Positions 15,265 to 24,742 of a DNA stretch of 64,000 nucleotides are shown here, in pieces. Position 1 is the first letter of the stretch, and every line of letters starts with the position of its first letter. The position numbers and the translations under genes are program-made. Source of the stretch: an uncultured Acidobacteriota bacterium (GTDB taxonomy: Bacteria > Acidobacteriota > Thermoanaerobaculia > UBA5066 > Gp7-AA6); NCBI GenBank assembly GCA_963764715.1, contig CAVXTP010000006.1, forward strand, positions 256,001 through 320,000, read 5' to 3'. Below the pieces are notes generated by a model, which saw nothing but the letters and a program-made list of their open reading frames with translations, did not search any database and had not been told where the DNA came from.

Positions 15265-15627
15265 CTAATACGGCATCTCCTCGTCGCCGAGGCCCAGCAT
15301 GTGGCCGACCTCGTGGACGACCGTGTCGCGGATTTCCCGGACGGCCTCCCCGCGGGTCTCGCAGTTGCGCAGGATCGGGCCGCGAAAGATCGCGATCTGG
15401 GCGGGAAGATTGGAGACCATGCTTCCCCGCTCGAAGAACGACGCGCCGCGGAAGATGCCGAAGAGCTCGTCCTCGTCGGGCGTGTCGGTCTCGTCGTAGT
15501 CCTCGTCGGTCGGCTCCTCCTCGACGGTGACGACGATGTTCTCGAGGTACTTCCGGAAGGCCGCCGGGACCGAGGCCAGGGCCTCCTCGACGTAGGACTC
15601 GAACTCGCGTTCGGAGATGCGGCTCAC
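15265..15627 (-). CDS. Zincin-like metallopeptidase (Zincin_1 family)
   Basis: FESYVEEAL...LFGIFRG...IAIFRGPI...TVVHEVGHMLGL. Confidence 0.9.
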   Translation of the reverse strand: MSRISEREFESYVEEALASVPAAFRKYLENIVVTVEEEPTDEDYDETDTPDEDELFGIFRGASFFERGSMVSNLPAQIAIFRGPILRNCETRGEAVREIRDTVVHEVGHMLGLGDEEMPY

Positions 15628-15640
15628 GTCGAACCAGGTC

Positions 15641-15695
15641 GTAGGGGCGGCCCTTGCGGCCGCCCTGGGAGGGCGGGGGCAAGCCCCGCCCCTAC
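15641..15695. repeat. GTAG-type REP doublet (inverted pair)
   Basis: GTAGGGGCGGCCCTTGCGGCCGCCC on +, GTAGGGGCGGGGCTTGCCCCCGCCC on -; the minus-strand GTAG supplies the tatD stop codon. Confidence 0.85.
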
Positions 15696-16477
15696 GAACC
15701 CTCCTTGAGAAACAGCCGCTCGAAGTTCGCGGTCGTGGCCTCGGCCACCGCCTCGAGGGTCGCCGCCTTCACCTCCGCGAGCTTCCTCGCCGTTTCGACG
15801 ACGTACGCGGGCTCGCAGGGCTTGCCGCGATGGGGCACGGGAGAGAGGTAGGGCGTGTCGGTCTCGACGAGCATCGCCTCGAGCGGCAGGCCCGCCGCCG
15901 CCGATCGGATGTTCTCGGCGGCGCGAAAGGTGATCATCCCGGAGAAGGACACGAGGAACCCGAGCTCGATCGCTTCGCGCCCGTACGCGGCGTCCTCCGT
16001 GAACGAGTGGAAGACGCCCGCCCCCGGCCGCGCGCCGAGGCGCCGCAGGAGCGCGAGCATCTCGGCACCGCTCCGGCGGTTGTGGAGGATGGCCGGCAAC
16101 CCCCGGCGCCGCGCGCAGTCGAGCATCCACTCGAGGACCTCGATCTGCTTCGCGCGGGGCGAGTGGTCGTAGTGGAAGTCGAGGCCGATCTCGCCGATCG
16201 CGACGACGCCGGGAAGGGCGGCGAGCTCCTCGAACCGCGCTCCGTCCCGGGAGGGCTCGAAGTCCTTCGCTTCGTGGGGATGGATGCCGACCGCGGCGAA
16301 GATCCCGGCCGGGGGGTCGGCCATCGCCGCGGCGGCCTCCGAGTCCGCCAGGGTCGTCCCGGGCACGAGGAACCGCGTCACGCCGGCGGCGCGGGCCCGG
16401 GAAAGCACCTCGGCGGCTCCGTTCCCGGCGCCCGGGCCTTCTCCCATCTGCAGGTGGCAGTGGGAATCGGCCAGCAC
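15692..16477 (-). CDS. tatD: TatD family hydrolase
   Basis: DSHCHL, GIHPH, AIGEIGLDF, VFHSF, LVETDTPYL. Confidence 0.95.
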   Translation of the reverse strand: MLADSHCHLQMGEGPGAGNGAAEVLSRARAAGVTRFLVPGTTLADSEAAAAMADPPAGIFAAVGIHPHEAKDFEPSRDGARFEELAALPGVVAIGEIGLDFHYDHSPRAKQIEVLEWMLDCARRRGLPAILHNRRSGAEMLALLRRLGARPGAGVFHSFTEDAAYGREAIELGFLVSFSGMITFRAAENIRSAAAGLPLEAMLVETDTPYLSPVPHRGKPCEPAYVVETARKLAEVKAATLEAVAEATTANFERLFLKEGS

Positions 16478-16478
16478 G

Positions 16479-18407
16479 CTACTTGACCTTGCTGCCCGGG
16501 GGCACGTCGGCCGGCAGGTCGAGCAGCACGGGCGCGCCCGCCTCGCCCACGGAGGCCGCGAGGACCATGCCGTTCGACTCGACGCCCATGAGCTTCGCGG
16601 GCTTCAGGTTGGCGACGACGACGACGTTGCGGCCGACGAGGGCCTCGGGCTCGTACTGCGCGGCGATGCCGGCGACGATCTGCCGCCGCTCGTCCCCGAG
16701 GTCCACCTCGAGGCGCATCAGCTTGTTCGACTTGGGCACCCGCTCGGCGACGAGAATCTTCGCGGTGCGCAGCCGCACCTTCTGGAAATCCTCGATCGCG
16801 ATTCGGTCGTCGACGGGCGCCGCCGGAGCGGCCGGGGTCGGTTCGGTCATGGCGTCATCCTTTGCCTTGAAGTAGGCCTCGACGTCGGCGCGCGGGAAGA
16901 GCGGCGGCGTCTCGGGCATCGGTCGGGAGATCGGGAGCCGGCCCCAGTCGAGGTCGGCCGGCCCGGGGTCCTTCGCCTCGAGCGCGAAGGCCTCGAAGAT
17001 CCGGCGGGAGGTCGCCGGCACGAAGGGCGAGAGCATCACGGCCGCCAGCCGCACGCCCTCGGCGGCCGCCGAGAGCACGCGGTGGAGACGGGCCGAGTCG
17101 ACGCCCTCGGTCTTGCGGATCTTCCAGGGCTCCTTCGCCACGACGTAGCCGTTGACCGAGGCGAGGAACTGCCAGACGGTCTCGAGCGCCCGGTTGAACT
17201 GGCAGTCCCGCATCGCGGCCTGCCACTCGGAGCGGGCTCCCCCCCAGGCGCGCATCACCTCGTTGTCGGTGCAGACTTCCCGCGGCGTCGCGCCGAACGA
17301 CTGGCGGCAGAGCGCCGCGACGCGGGAGACGGTGTTGCCGAGATCGTTGGCGAGGTCGGCGTTGTAGCGGACGAGAAACGCCTCGTCCGAGAAGGACGCG
17401 TCCTGGCCGAAGGCCATCTCGCGCATCAGGAAGTAGCGCAGGGCGTCCGGACCGAAGTCGGCGACGAGCTGGTCGGGGCGGACGATGTTGCCGACGGACT
17501 TCGACACCTTCTTCGAGTCGCGCAGCCACCAGCCGTGGGCCCGGACCGTCGTCGGCAGCGGGAGCCCGGCCGACATCAGGAAGGCCGGCCAGTAAACGGC
17601 GTGAAAACGCAAAATGTCCTTGCCGATGACGTGGACGCGCTCGGCCTCCGCATGGTCCCAGAATTCGCGGTAGAGCCGGTCGTCGTCCGAGCCGAAGCCG
17701 AGCGCGGTGATGTAGTTGGCGAGGGCGTCGAGCCAGACGTAGACGACGTGGCCCGGGTGACCCGGAAACGGGATTCCCCACTTGACCTTGGAACGGGAGA
17801 CCGACAGGTCGTTGAGCCCTCCGCGCACGAAGGACGACACCTCGGCGAGCCGGCTCTCGGGCCGGACGAACTCGGGATGGTGTTTGTAGTATTCGAGGAG
17901 CGGCGCGGCGTACTTCGACAGCCGGAAGAAGACGTTCTCCTCGGATTCCCAGACCGTCGCCGATCCGTGGACCGGGCAACGCTTCTCGGCGTCGAGCTCC
18001 TTCTCCGTGTAGAAGGCCTCGCAGCTCGCGCAATACCAGCCTTCGTGCTTCGCCGTGTAGAAGTCCCCGGCGGCCGCGATGCGCTCGATCAGGGCCTCGA
18101 CCCCGCGGCGGTGCCGCGCCTCGGTCGTGCGGATGAAGTCGTCGTTGGCGATCTCGAAGGTCCGGTAGAGCGCGTGGTACCGCTCGACGACGCGATCGGC
18201 GAGCTGGATCGGGGTCACGCCCTGGGCCGCCGCGGCCTTCTCGATGTTCTGGCCGTGCTCGTCGGTGCCCGTCAGGAACCGGGTCTTCTCGCCCACGAGC
18301 CGGTGAAACCGCGTGATCACGTCCGTCACGACGGTCGAGTAGATGTGCCCGATGTGGGGCAGGTCGTTGACGTAGTAGATCGGCGTCGTGGCGTAAAACG
18401 TCTTCAT
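16479..18407 (-). CDS. metG: Methionine--tRNA ligase
   Basis: TTPIYYVN..PHIGH, LTGTDEHG, YVWLDAL, KVSKS, C-terminal tRNA-binding OB domain. Confidence 0.97.
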   Translation of the reverse strand: MKTFYATTPIYYVNDLPHIGHIYSTVVTDVITRFHRLVGEKTRFLTGTDEHGQNIEKAAAAQGVTPIQLADRVVERYHALYRTFEIANDDFIRTTEARHRRGVEALIERIAAAGDFYTAKHEGWYCASCEAFYTEKELDAEKRCPVHGSATVWESEENVFFRLSKYAAPLLEYYKHHPEFVRPESRLAEVSSFVRGGLNDLSVSRSKVKWGIPFPGHPGHVVYVWLDALANYITALGFGSDDDRLYREFWDHAEAERVHVIGKDILRFHAVYWPAFLMSAGLPLPTTVRAHGWWLRDSKKVSKSVGNIVRPDQLVADFGPDALRYFLMREMAFGQDASFSDEAFLVRYNADLANDLGNTVSRVAALCRQSFGATPREVCTDNEVMRAWGGARSEWQAAMRDCQFNRALETVWQFLASVNGYVVAKEPWKIRKTEGVDSARLHRVLSAAAEGVRLAAVMLSPFVPATSRRIFEAFALEAKDPGPADLDWGRLPISRPMPETPPLFPRADVEAYFKAKDDAMTEPTPAAPAAPVDDRIAIEDFQKVRLRTAKILVAERVPKSNKLMRLEVDLGDERRQIVAGIAAQYEPEALVGRNVVVVANLKPAKLMGVESNGMVLAASVGEAGAPVLLDLPADVPPGSKVK

Positions 18408-18426
18408 CGGGAGGGCGAAAGATACC

Positions 18427-18819
18427 TCAGAAGAGATCGAGCTCGATCGGAACGACGGTGCGGATGCGCTGGAAGCCGCGATCCCGCGTCAGGAGCGCCA
18501 CGCCCGAATCCAGCGCCGTGGTCGCGATCACGAGATCGACGAGACCTGCCCGAAAGCCGCCGCGCGCCAGCGCAAACCGGTAGTCGGCCACGCGCGACCA
18601 CACGGCCTCGGGCTCGACGACCCAGTCGAGCCCTTCCGCGAGGTCCTTCAGTGTCCCGTACTCGGCCGAAGTGCGGGCGCCCGACAGCATCTCGGCGGCG
18701 ATCGGTCCGCAGATCAGCGCGCCGCCCTCGTCGAGTAGCCCCCCGACACGCGCCATCGCCGCTCGGTCGCCCCGCAGGAAGTCGACCCAGGCCGAGGTGT
18801 CGACCAGGGACTGCTTCAC
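18427..18819 (-). CDS. vapC: VapC-type PIN domain toxin
   Basis: LVDTSAWVDFLR...AEMLSG...DLVIATTA...LLTRDRGF; GTG at 18819 overlaps the antitoxin stop. Confidence 0.9.
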   Translation of the reverse strand: MKQSLVDTSAWVDFLRGDRAAMARVGGLLDEGGALICGPIAAEMLSGARTSAEYGTLKDLAEGLDWVVEPEAVWSRVADYRFALARGGFRAGLVDLVIATTALDSGVALLTRDRGFQRIRTVVPIELDLF

Positions 18820-19016
18820 CTCCGGCCGCGACTGCGAGAGATCGAGGGGTCGAAGTCGAGATGGATCTTCCCCGCCAGCTGACGGAGACGTTCCCGCTTG
18901 CTCTTCTTGACGAGCTCCTCGAGAGCGAGGATGAGGGTGTCGCGCATCGTTTTGGAGTCGGTCGCGCGCCGCGCTTCTTCGAGCAGGTCTTCCGGTAGGT
19001 CCACTGTCGTCCTCAT
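18816..19016 (-). CDS. vapB: VapB-type antitoxin
   Basis: MRTTVDLPEDLLEEARR...LALEELV ribbon-helix-helix pattern directly upstream of the PIN gene. Confidence 0.88.
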   Translation of the reverse strand: MRTTVDLPEDLLEEARRATDSKTMRDTLILALEELVKKSKRERLRQLAGKIHLDFDPSISRSRGRR

Positions 19017-19050
19017 GCATAAAGCATATTTCATAGATATCTGTTATGCA
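19016..19050. promoter_or_regulatory. Putative vapBC operator/promoter
   Basis: AT-rich segment flanked by inverted repeat TGCATAA...TTATGCA, with internal AGATATCT palindrome. Confidence 0.55.
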
Positions 19051-19055
19051 ACCGC

Positions 19056-19760
19056 TCACAGCAGGCCCGCCTCGCGAAACGAGACGCACCCTTCCCTTCC
19101 GACGACGATGTGGTCGAGGAGCCGCACCCCCACCGCCTCCGCGGCGGTCGCGAGCCGCCGCGTGAACTCGCGGTCTTCACGGGAGGGCGTCGGGTCTCCG
19201 GAAGGATGGTTGTGGTACAGGATCACGGCCGCCGCCTTCCCGAGGAGCGCGCGCCGCAGGATCTCGCGCGGCTCGACGACCGCCCGGTCGAGCGTGCCGC
19301 GGTAGATCTCGGGGTCGTTCTTCAGCAGCCGGTTCCGAGCGTTCAGGTACAGGGCGCCCGTCCGCTCCTGCGCGTCGTCGGCCTGCGCCGCCCTCAGGTA
19401 GTCCTTGACGAGGCGCGGGTCGTTCAGGAGGTCGCGGCCCGCGAGCGTCTCGGACGGGAGTCGGCGGGCGATCTCGATCGCCGCGGCGATCGCGCCGGCC
19501 CGCGCCGGTCCGATGCCGCGCTCTCCCGAGAGTTCCCCGGCCGAGGACCCCGCGAGCCCGGCGAGGCCGCCGCGGGTGGCGAGCAGGCTGCGCGCCCGGT
19601 CGAGGGCGCTCTCGCCGCGGATCCCGGTGCGCAGCAGCAGGGCGAGGAGCTCTTCGTTCGAGAGCGCCGCGGGGCCCAGCCGCCAAAGCCTCTCGCGCGG
19701 GCGTTCGTCGGAGGGAAGGTCGCAGATGCGAAACGCGCGATTCGTCGATCGTTCGGTCAT
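19056..19760 (-). CDS. radC: RadC family JAB-domain protein
   Basis: ERPRERL..GPAALSNEELLALLLRTG...PREI...HNHPSGDPTPSREDREFT...LLDHIVVG. Confidence 0.95.
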   Translation of the reverse strand: MTERSTNRAFRICDLPSDERPRERLWRLGPAALSNEELLALLLRTGIRGESALDRARSLLATRGGLAGLAGSSAGELSGERGIGPARAGAIAAAIEIARRLPSETLAGRDLLNDPRLVKDYLRAAQADDAQERTGALYLNARNRLLKNDPEIYRGTLDRAVVEPREILRRALLGKAAAVILYHNHPSGDPTPSREDREFTRRLATAAEAVGVRLLDHIVVGREGCVSFREAGLL

Positions 19761-19822
19761 GGTTTCGTCGCCGGCGAGAACCGCCCCGCGACCCGGTGAG
19801 GACCCCACGATATTCTCACGGA

Positions 19823-20044
19823 ATGCCCGGATCCGGAGAGGCCCCGTGGCGCGCGATCCTGATCGCGCTCGGCCTGCTCTTCCTCGCGGCCGGCCTCGCG
19901 TGGCCGTTCCTCGAGCGCCACTTCGGCCGGCTGCCGGGCGACATCGTCGTGCGCCGGGAAGGCTTCACCTTCGCCTTCCCGATCGTCACGTGCCTCGTCC
20001 TGTCGGTGCTGGCTTCCCTGCTTCTCTGGCTCCTGCGCCGCTAG
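19823..20044 (+). CDS. DUF2905 small membrane protein
   Basis: FGRLPGDIVV...FAFPIVTCLVLSVL motif. Confidence 0.85.
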   Translation: MPGSGEAPWRAILIALGLLFLAAGLAWPFLERHFGRLPGDIVVRREGFTFAFPIVTCLVLSVLASLLLWLLRR

Positions 20045-20304
20045 CAGGTTGCTGAAAAAGGGTGTGGGATGGCGTTACGAGCGCCGGGGGGTCAGATGCA
20101 AGGAAGCGCGACGAGGGCGATGCCTTGGCATCGTCGAGGAGCGATGACGCCGCAGATGACCCCGCGCCGCCGTAACCCGAAGGGTGGCCGGCACTTTGCC
20201 GGCGCCCGCTGAAAGCCGATGAACGTCCGCAGTGACACGACTCGAATCGGGCGCCGCACGCAAAGTGCCGGACACGACGCCCCCATCCATTTTTCAGCAG
20301 CCTG
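20045..20304. mobile_element. Non-autonomous MITE (260 bp) with 15-bp terminal inverted repeats and CTAG target duplication
   Basis: CAGGTTGCTGAAAAA ... TTTTTCAGCAGCCTG (14/15 match), flanked by CTAG at 20041-20044 and 20305-20308; no transposase. Confidence 0.85.
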
Positions 20305-21783
20305 CTAGATCGGCCGGGCAGCGGGCGTCGTCGGGAAGAGCCGGCGGCCGAGCGCCTCGGCGATCCAGGCGACGTCCGCGACGAGCAGAAGGTCGACGAG
20401 GGCGTGGTACGAGTACAGCGACCGGGAGAGGTCCGGCGGAGCCTGGGCAAAGGCGCACACGGCGAATGCGAGACCGGCCATCAGGACCAACGTCACGACC
20501 CCCTCCCGGAAGAGCCGGCCCCGTCTCGACGCTCGCCGCCAGGTCGCAAACGCGGCGACGAGGTTGCCGCCGAGAACGGCGGCGATCGCCGGGAGAGAGT
20601 GCTCGGCCAGGCGCCCCCGCGCCCGGCTCCACAGCGAGAACCGCGTGGCCAGGGCGCCGGGCGGGTGACCTGCCGACCGCTCGAAGTTCCCGAAGGTCGG
20701 CCGCAGCGACCAGGCCTGCCGGGAGGCCCGCGCGACGCGATCGATGAACCGCTTCGGGTGACGCAGGTAGAACGCGACGATCTGCCGGTGACCGACCCGC
20801 TGGAGGAAGCGGATGCGGAACTCGGAGCCGAGGAGAGGTGAGTCCGGCGCGAAGGGGTTGGTCCCGACGTACGCGAGCCACTCGGGGTCGAGGCGGAGCT
20901 CGGCGGCGTCCGCGTCGGGCGCCGGCGAGTAGACGAGCAGATCGTCGAAGACGAACTGGAAGAGCGTCGCTTCGCGGAGCGTGTAGGGCGTGTGGCGCCC
21001 GTACCAGACCGAGAACGCGAGGAGACCGGCGGCGAGCCCGACGGCCGGCCGCCGCCAGGCTCCGCGCCAGCCCACGCCCGCGAGGCGCAGGCCGAAGAGG
21101 GCGAGCAGCAGCGCCGAGAGCTTCTCCTGGGGCTTCGAGCCGACGAAGAGGAGGGCCGCGCCGAAGTAGGCGAAGAGCCAGCCCCCGGCGAGCCGCCCCC
21201 GCCGGACGGCCTCCGCCGCGATCGCCGCGGTCAGCAGAAGGAAGAGAAGCGAGGCCGTCTGGCTGTAGAACGAGTTGAAGGGGGCCACATAGCCGACGTC
21301 CGTGAAGATGAAGACCAGCAGGGCCGCCGCGATCGCCCGCGCCGGCAGCGTCAGGTCCCGGCAGGCCCGGAGGATTCCCGCGAGCGCCAGGAGGAAAAGG
21401 GCGGCATGAATACCGGCGAGCAGCCGAAGGTCGAAGGTCGCCCGCCCGCGCAAGGCCATGTGCGCCCAGCGCGCGACGAAGGCGAGAAGGGTCTCCGAGG
21501 AGTGGTAGCCCCCGCGGAACCACCCGGGCTCGACGACGGCGTACTCGGAGCGCAGAAAGGCGAAGTAGCGTTCGGCGTCAACCGCGGTCGTGTGCTGGAA
21601 GCCCGCATAGCCCATGACCCGCTCATAGTCCCGGTTGTCCGCCAGGCCGACGATCGGGCGAACGAAGAGCTGGAGCGAGAGGACGACGGCGGCGGCCGTC
21701 AGCGCCGCCGCGAGGATCACCGCCCGGGAGGACTCCCTCGCGAGCCCCAGGGCGCCCGACCCCGGGCCGGGCTCACGCGACAT
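20305..21783 (-). CDS. Polytopic membrane protein, WsfD-like putative GT-C glycosyltransferase
   Basis: About 10 TM segments; VGLADNRDYERV and YVAPFNSFYSQ motifs recall the WsfD family. Confidence 0.6.
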   Translation of the reverse strand: MSREPGPGSGALGLARESSRAVILAAALTAAAVVLSLQLFVRPIVGLADNRDYERVMGYAGFQHTTAVDAERYFAFLRSEYAVVEPGWFRGGYHSSETLLAFVARWAHMALRGRATFDLRLLAGIHAALFLLALAGILRACRDLTLPARAIAAALLVFIFTDVGYVAPFNSFYSQTASLLFLLLTAAIAAEAVRRGRLAGGWLFAYFGAALLFVGSKPQEKLSALLLALFGLRLAGVGWRGAWRRPAVGLAAGLLAFSVWYGRHTPYTLREATLFQFVFDDLLVYSPAPDADAAELRLDPEWLAYVGTNPFAPDSPLLGSEFRIRFLQRVGHRQIVAFYLRHPKRFIDRVARASRQAWSLRPTFGNFERSAGHPPGALATRFSLWSRARGRLAEHSLPAIAAVLGGNLVAAFATWRRASRRGRLFREGVVTLVLMAGLAFAVCAFAQAPPDLSRSLYSYHALVDLLLVADVAWIAEALGRRLFPTTPAARPI

Positions 21784-22339
21784 CGGATCGGATCAGCGCC
21801 TCGACGACGATCGGCGGGAACCCCAGGTCCTCCACGCGGTCGTAGCCCTGGTGAACTTCCGTCCAGGCCGCGATCGCCTCGCGCCCGCCGGCCCGGCGAA
21901 TCAGGCCGGCCCCGACCTCCCCGTGGAGCAGGTAGAGGCCCAGGCGCCGCTTCATCCGGACCGGCGACCCCATCCAGCGGCGCGCCCGGTCGACCGCCAC
22001 GACGCGGCTCGCGAGCGTCGCCACCGCGCGCCCGGGCAGCGAGAGGTCGGCCGCGCGTTTGCCCACGTCGTGCATCAGGGCGGCCGCCGGCCAGAGCGGG
22101 TCGCCGGCGTGGGCCGTCGAGGCGAGCCGCCGCTCGACCCTCCGCGCGACGAGGAGGGTGTGACGCTGGTCGTAGGTCGACTGCGCCGACCAGAGACCGA
22201 ACTCGGCCGGCGTCAGGATGGACCTCGCCCAGTCCCGGTCGGCGAGCTCCGCGTCGGTCCGGCGTCCGGCGCGCAACGCGCGGGCGGCGAGCTCCCGAAG
22301 GGTCGCCCGCGGCAGCGGGTTGCGGCCGCTCGCTTTCAT
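21773..22339 (-). CDS. HD-domain protein
   Basis: DQRHTL...LMHDVGK...HGEVGA...VHQ; overlaps both neighbouring genes. Confidence 0.75.
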   Translation of the reverse strand: MKASGRNPLPRATLRELAARALRAGRRTDAELADRDWARSILTPAEFGLWSAQSTYDQRHTLLVARRVERRLASTAHAGDPLWPAAALMHDVGKRAADLSLPGRAVATLASRVVAVDRARRWMGSPVRMKRRLGLYLLHGEVGAGLIRRAGGREAIAAWTEVHQGYDRVEDLGFPPIVVEALIRSDVA

Positions 22340-23679
22340 GCGGTCTCGGCCCTCGCGTCCTCGGTCAGCCTGCGCACGCAGTCCTTGCCGAATCGGAGCT
22401 GATCGTGAAGGTGGCTGTAGACGAAGCGGCCCGCGCGCCCGACGGTCTCCAGGTTCTCGATCGAGGCGAGCGTCTCGCGAATGACCCCGACGTCCCGCGC
22501 GTAACCGTTGGCGCACACCGGGTAGGCGTTCGGGATGAAGTGCGGCCGCGATTCCAGAACGTCCCGCGGATCGAGCAGGCCGAGGGCCGAGAGCTCGGCG
22601 ACGACCCTCCCGGTGAAGTCCTGGTCCGAGAGGCTCTCGATCGCGTCGCCGCGGAAGCACGGGGCCTCCACGACGAGCGACGTCTCGCCGTCGGGCGACA
22701 TGTCCGAAGACCGGTTCTTCGGCTCGTAGATGCGGCTGATACAGAAGGCCGGGTCGGGTATGTAGATCGACGCCCGGCCGGACACCCGCGCCACCTTGAG
22801 CCTCAGGAACAGGAGGCGCACGTGCCGGAACCGAAGGCGGGTCGCCGCGGCCCGGGCCGGTTCCGGGAGGGCGTCGCCGAGCAGCCGGACCAGAAACGGC
22901 AGCGGAAGCGTCGAGACGACGCGGCCCTCGACGTCCCGGGCGCGGCCGCCGGAGAAACGGATCCGGCGCACCCGGCCGCCGCCGCACTCCAGGCCCTCGA
23001 TCTCGAATCCCGTGTGGATCGCTTCCGGCGGCAGGGCGCGGGCGAGGGCCTCGGCGAGGCGGCCGTAACCCCCCCGCGGATAGAGGAAGCTGCCGTCGAT
23101 GTGCTGGGTCTTGCCGCCCGGAAAGACCAGCTCGTAGAGCAGGGACCGCAGCGTCATCCCCTGGAGGCGGCGCGTCGCGATGTCGGGGGAAAGCTGATCG
23201 GTCGGGAGCCCCCAGAGCTTGGCCGAATAGTTGAGGAGGATCCGCCGCGCGAGGGTCTGACCGAAGCGGCGGACGGCGAAGTCCTCGAAGCTGACCGCGG
23301 CGGGGCGCCTTCCCCATCCCGCGCGCAGCAGATCCAGGCAGATGCGGCCGGCCTCGCGAAACCCGTACGCGAACATGACGTTCAGTGGCGTCGGCGGGAA
23401 GTCGATGTAGCGGCCGCCATCCAGGATCGCGCTGGGCGCGTCGACGCGAACGAGCTCGTCGCCCATGAGCTCGAGGACGTCCCGCGTGATCTCGGGGTCC
23501 CGATCGTGAAAGCGGTGGGCCCCGCGATCGTAGAGGTGGTCGCCGCTCCGCAGCGTGCGGCACATGCCACCGAGCTCCTCCGAGCCCTCGTAGAGCTCGA
23601 ACGGGAGTCCGGCCCGGTGAGCGTAGAACGCGACGCCCAGGCCCGCCGGCCCCCCTCCCAGGATCGCGAGGCGAGTCAT
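22336..23679 (-). CDS. FAD-dependent oxidoreductase (protoporphyrinogen oxidase/Glf-like superfamily)
   Basis: ILGGGPAGL, ELGGMCRT..YDRGAHRF, NAYPV, VGRAGRFVY. Confidence 0.85.
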   Translation of the reverse strand: MTRLAILGGGPAGLGVAFYAHRAGLPFELYEGSEELGGMCRTLRSGDHLYDRGAHRFHDRDPEITRDVLELMGDELVRVDAPSAILDGGRYIDFPPTPLNVMFAYGFREAGRICLDLLRAGWGRRPAAVSFEDFAVRRFGQTLARRILLNYSAKLWGLPTDQLSPDIATRRLQGMTLRSLLYELVFPGGKTQHIDGSFLYPRGGYGRLAEALARALPPEAIHTGFEIEGLECGGGRVRRIRFSGGRARDVEGRVVSTLPLPFLVRLLGDALPEPARAAATRLRFRHVRLLFLRLKVARVSGRASIYIPDPAFCISRIYEPKNRSSDMSPDGETSLVVEAPCFRGDAIESLSDQDFTGRVVAELSALGLLDPRDVLESRPHFIPNAYPVCANGYARDVGVIRETLASIENLETVGRAGRFVYSHLHDQLRFGKDCVRRLTEDARAETA

Positions 23680-23686
23680 GCCCTTC

Positions 23687-24742
23687 CTAGTCTCCGTCGG
23701 GCCAGTCCACGGGCCCGCCGTCCGGGACGAGCACGATCTTGCCGTGCGCCGCACCCTCCTCCATGCGCCGGTAGGCCGCCGGGGCCTCGGACAGGGGGAA
23801 GACGCGATCGATGCGCGGCCGGATGCGGCCTCCTGCGACCGCGGCGTAGAGGGCGCGGAACTCGCGGTCGTTCGCCATCGTCGAGCCGAGGATGGAGAGG
23901 TGCTTCCAGAAGATCAGCCGGATCTCCTCCTTCGGATTGGGGCCGGAGGTGGCCCCGCAGGTCACGATCCGCCCACCCCTCGCGGCCGCCTTGAGCGAGG
24001 TCATCCAGGTCGCGTCGCCGACCGAGTCCACGACCACGTCGACGCCCCGCCGCGCAGTGTGCGCGCGGACGGCCTGCAGCACGTCCTCCTTCCGGTAGTC
24101 GACGACGAGCTCGGCGCCGGCCGCCGAGAGGCGCGCGGCCTTCTCCGCGCCCGAGGTCGTAGCGAGGACGCGCGCTCCGGCCAGTCGCGCGACGTCGAGC
24201 GCCGCGCCGCCGACGCCGCCGCCCGCCCCATGGATCAGGACCGTCTCCCCGGGCCGGAGGGCCGCGCGGCCGACGAGCATCCGCCAGGCCGTCTGGTAGG
24301 CCAGCGGAAACGCCGCCGCCTCGGCCCACGACAGGCCGCGCGGGACCGGGAAGAGGTTGCGCGCGGGAACGACGGCGTACTCGGCGAAGGTGCCGGCGAC
24401 ATGCTCGCCGACGATCCGGAACGTCGTGCACAGGCTCTGCTCGCCCGCCCGGCAGAATTCGCAGGCCGTGCAGTAGAGCCCGGGTTGGACGAGGACCCGG
24501 TCACCGGGCGTCAGGTCGGTCACGCCCTCGCCCAGGCGGTCGACGACGCCGGACGCGTCGGCTCCGGGGATCTGGGGCAGCGGCACGTGAGGGATGCCGT
24601 TGCGCACGAAGACGTCGAGGTGGTTGAGGGCCGCCGCCCGCACCGCGATCCGCACCTCGCCCGGGCCGGGCTCGGGCGTCGGCCGGTCGCCGTAGCGGAG
24701 CACCTCGGGGCCGCCCGGGGTCTCGAAGTAGACGGCCTTCAT
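23687..24742 (-). CDS. Zinc-binding dehydrogenase / quinone oxidoreductase (MDR family)
   Basis: GGPEVLRY...ALNHLD...CTACEFC...LIHGAGGGVG. Confidence 0.9.
   Translation of the reverse strand: MKAVYFETPGGPEVLRYGDRPTPEPGPGEVRIAVRAAALNHLDVFVRNGIPHVPLPQIPGADASGVVDRLGEGVTDLTPGDRVLVQPGLYCTACEFCRAGEQSLCTTFRIVGEHVAGTFAEYAVVPARNLFPVPRGLSWAEAAAFPLAYQTAWRMLVGRAALRPGETVLIHGAGGGVGGAALDVARLAGARVLATTSGAEKAARLSAAGAELVVDYRKEDVLQAVRAHTARRGVDVVVDSVGDATWMTSLKAAARGGRIVTCGATSGPNPKEEIRLIFWKHLSILGSTMANDREFRALYAAVAGGRIRPRIDRVFPLSEAPAAYRRMEEGAAHGKIVLVPDGGPVDWPDGD

Noticed and set aside
19056-19760. radC as marker of an integrated mobile element
   Set aside because: It is the full-length chromosomal type with the N-terminal HhH region; no integrase, att sites or cargo nearby.
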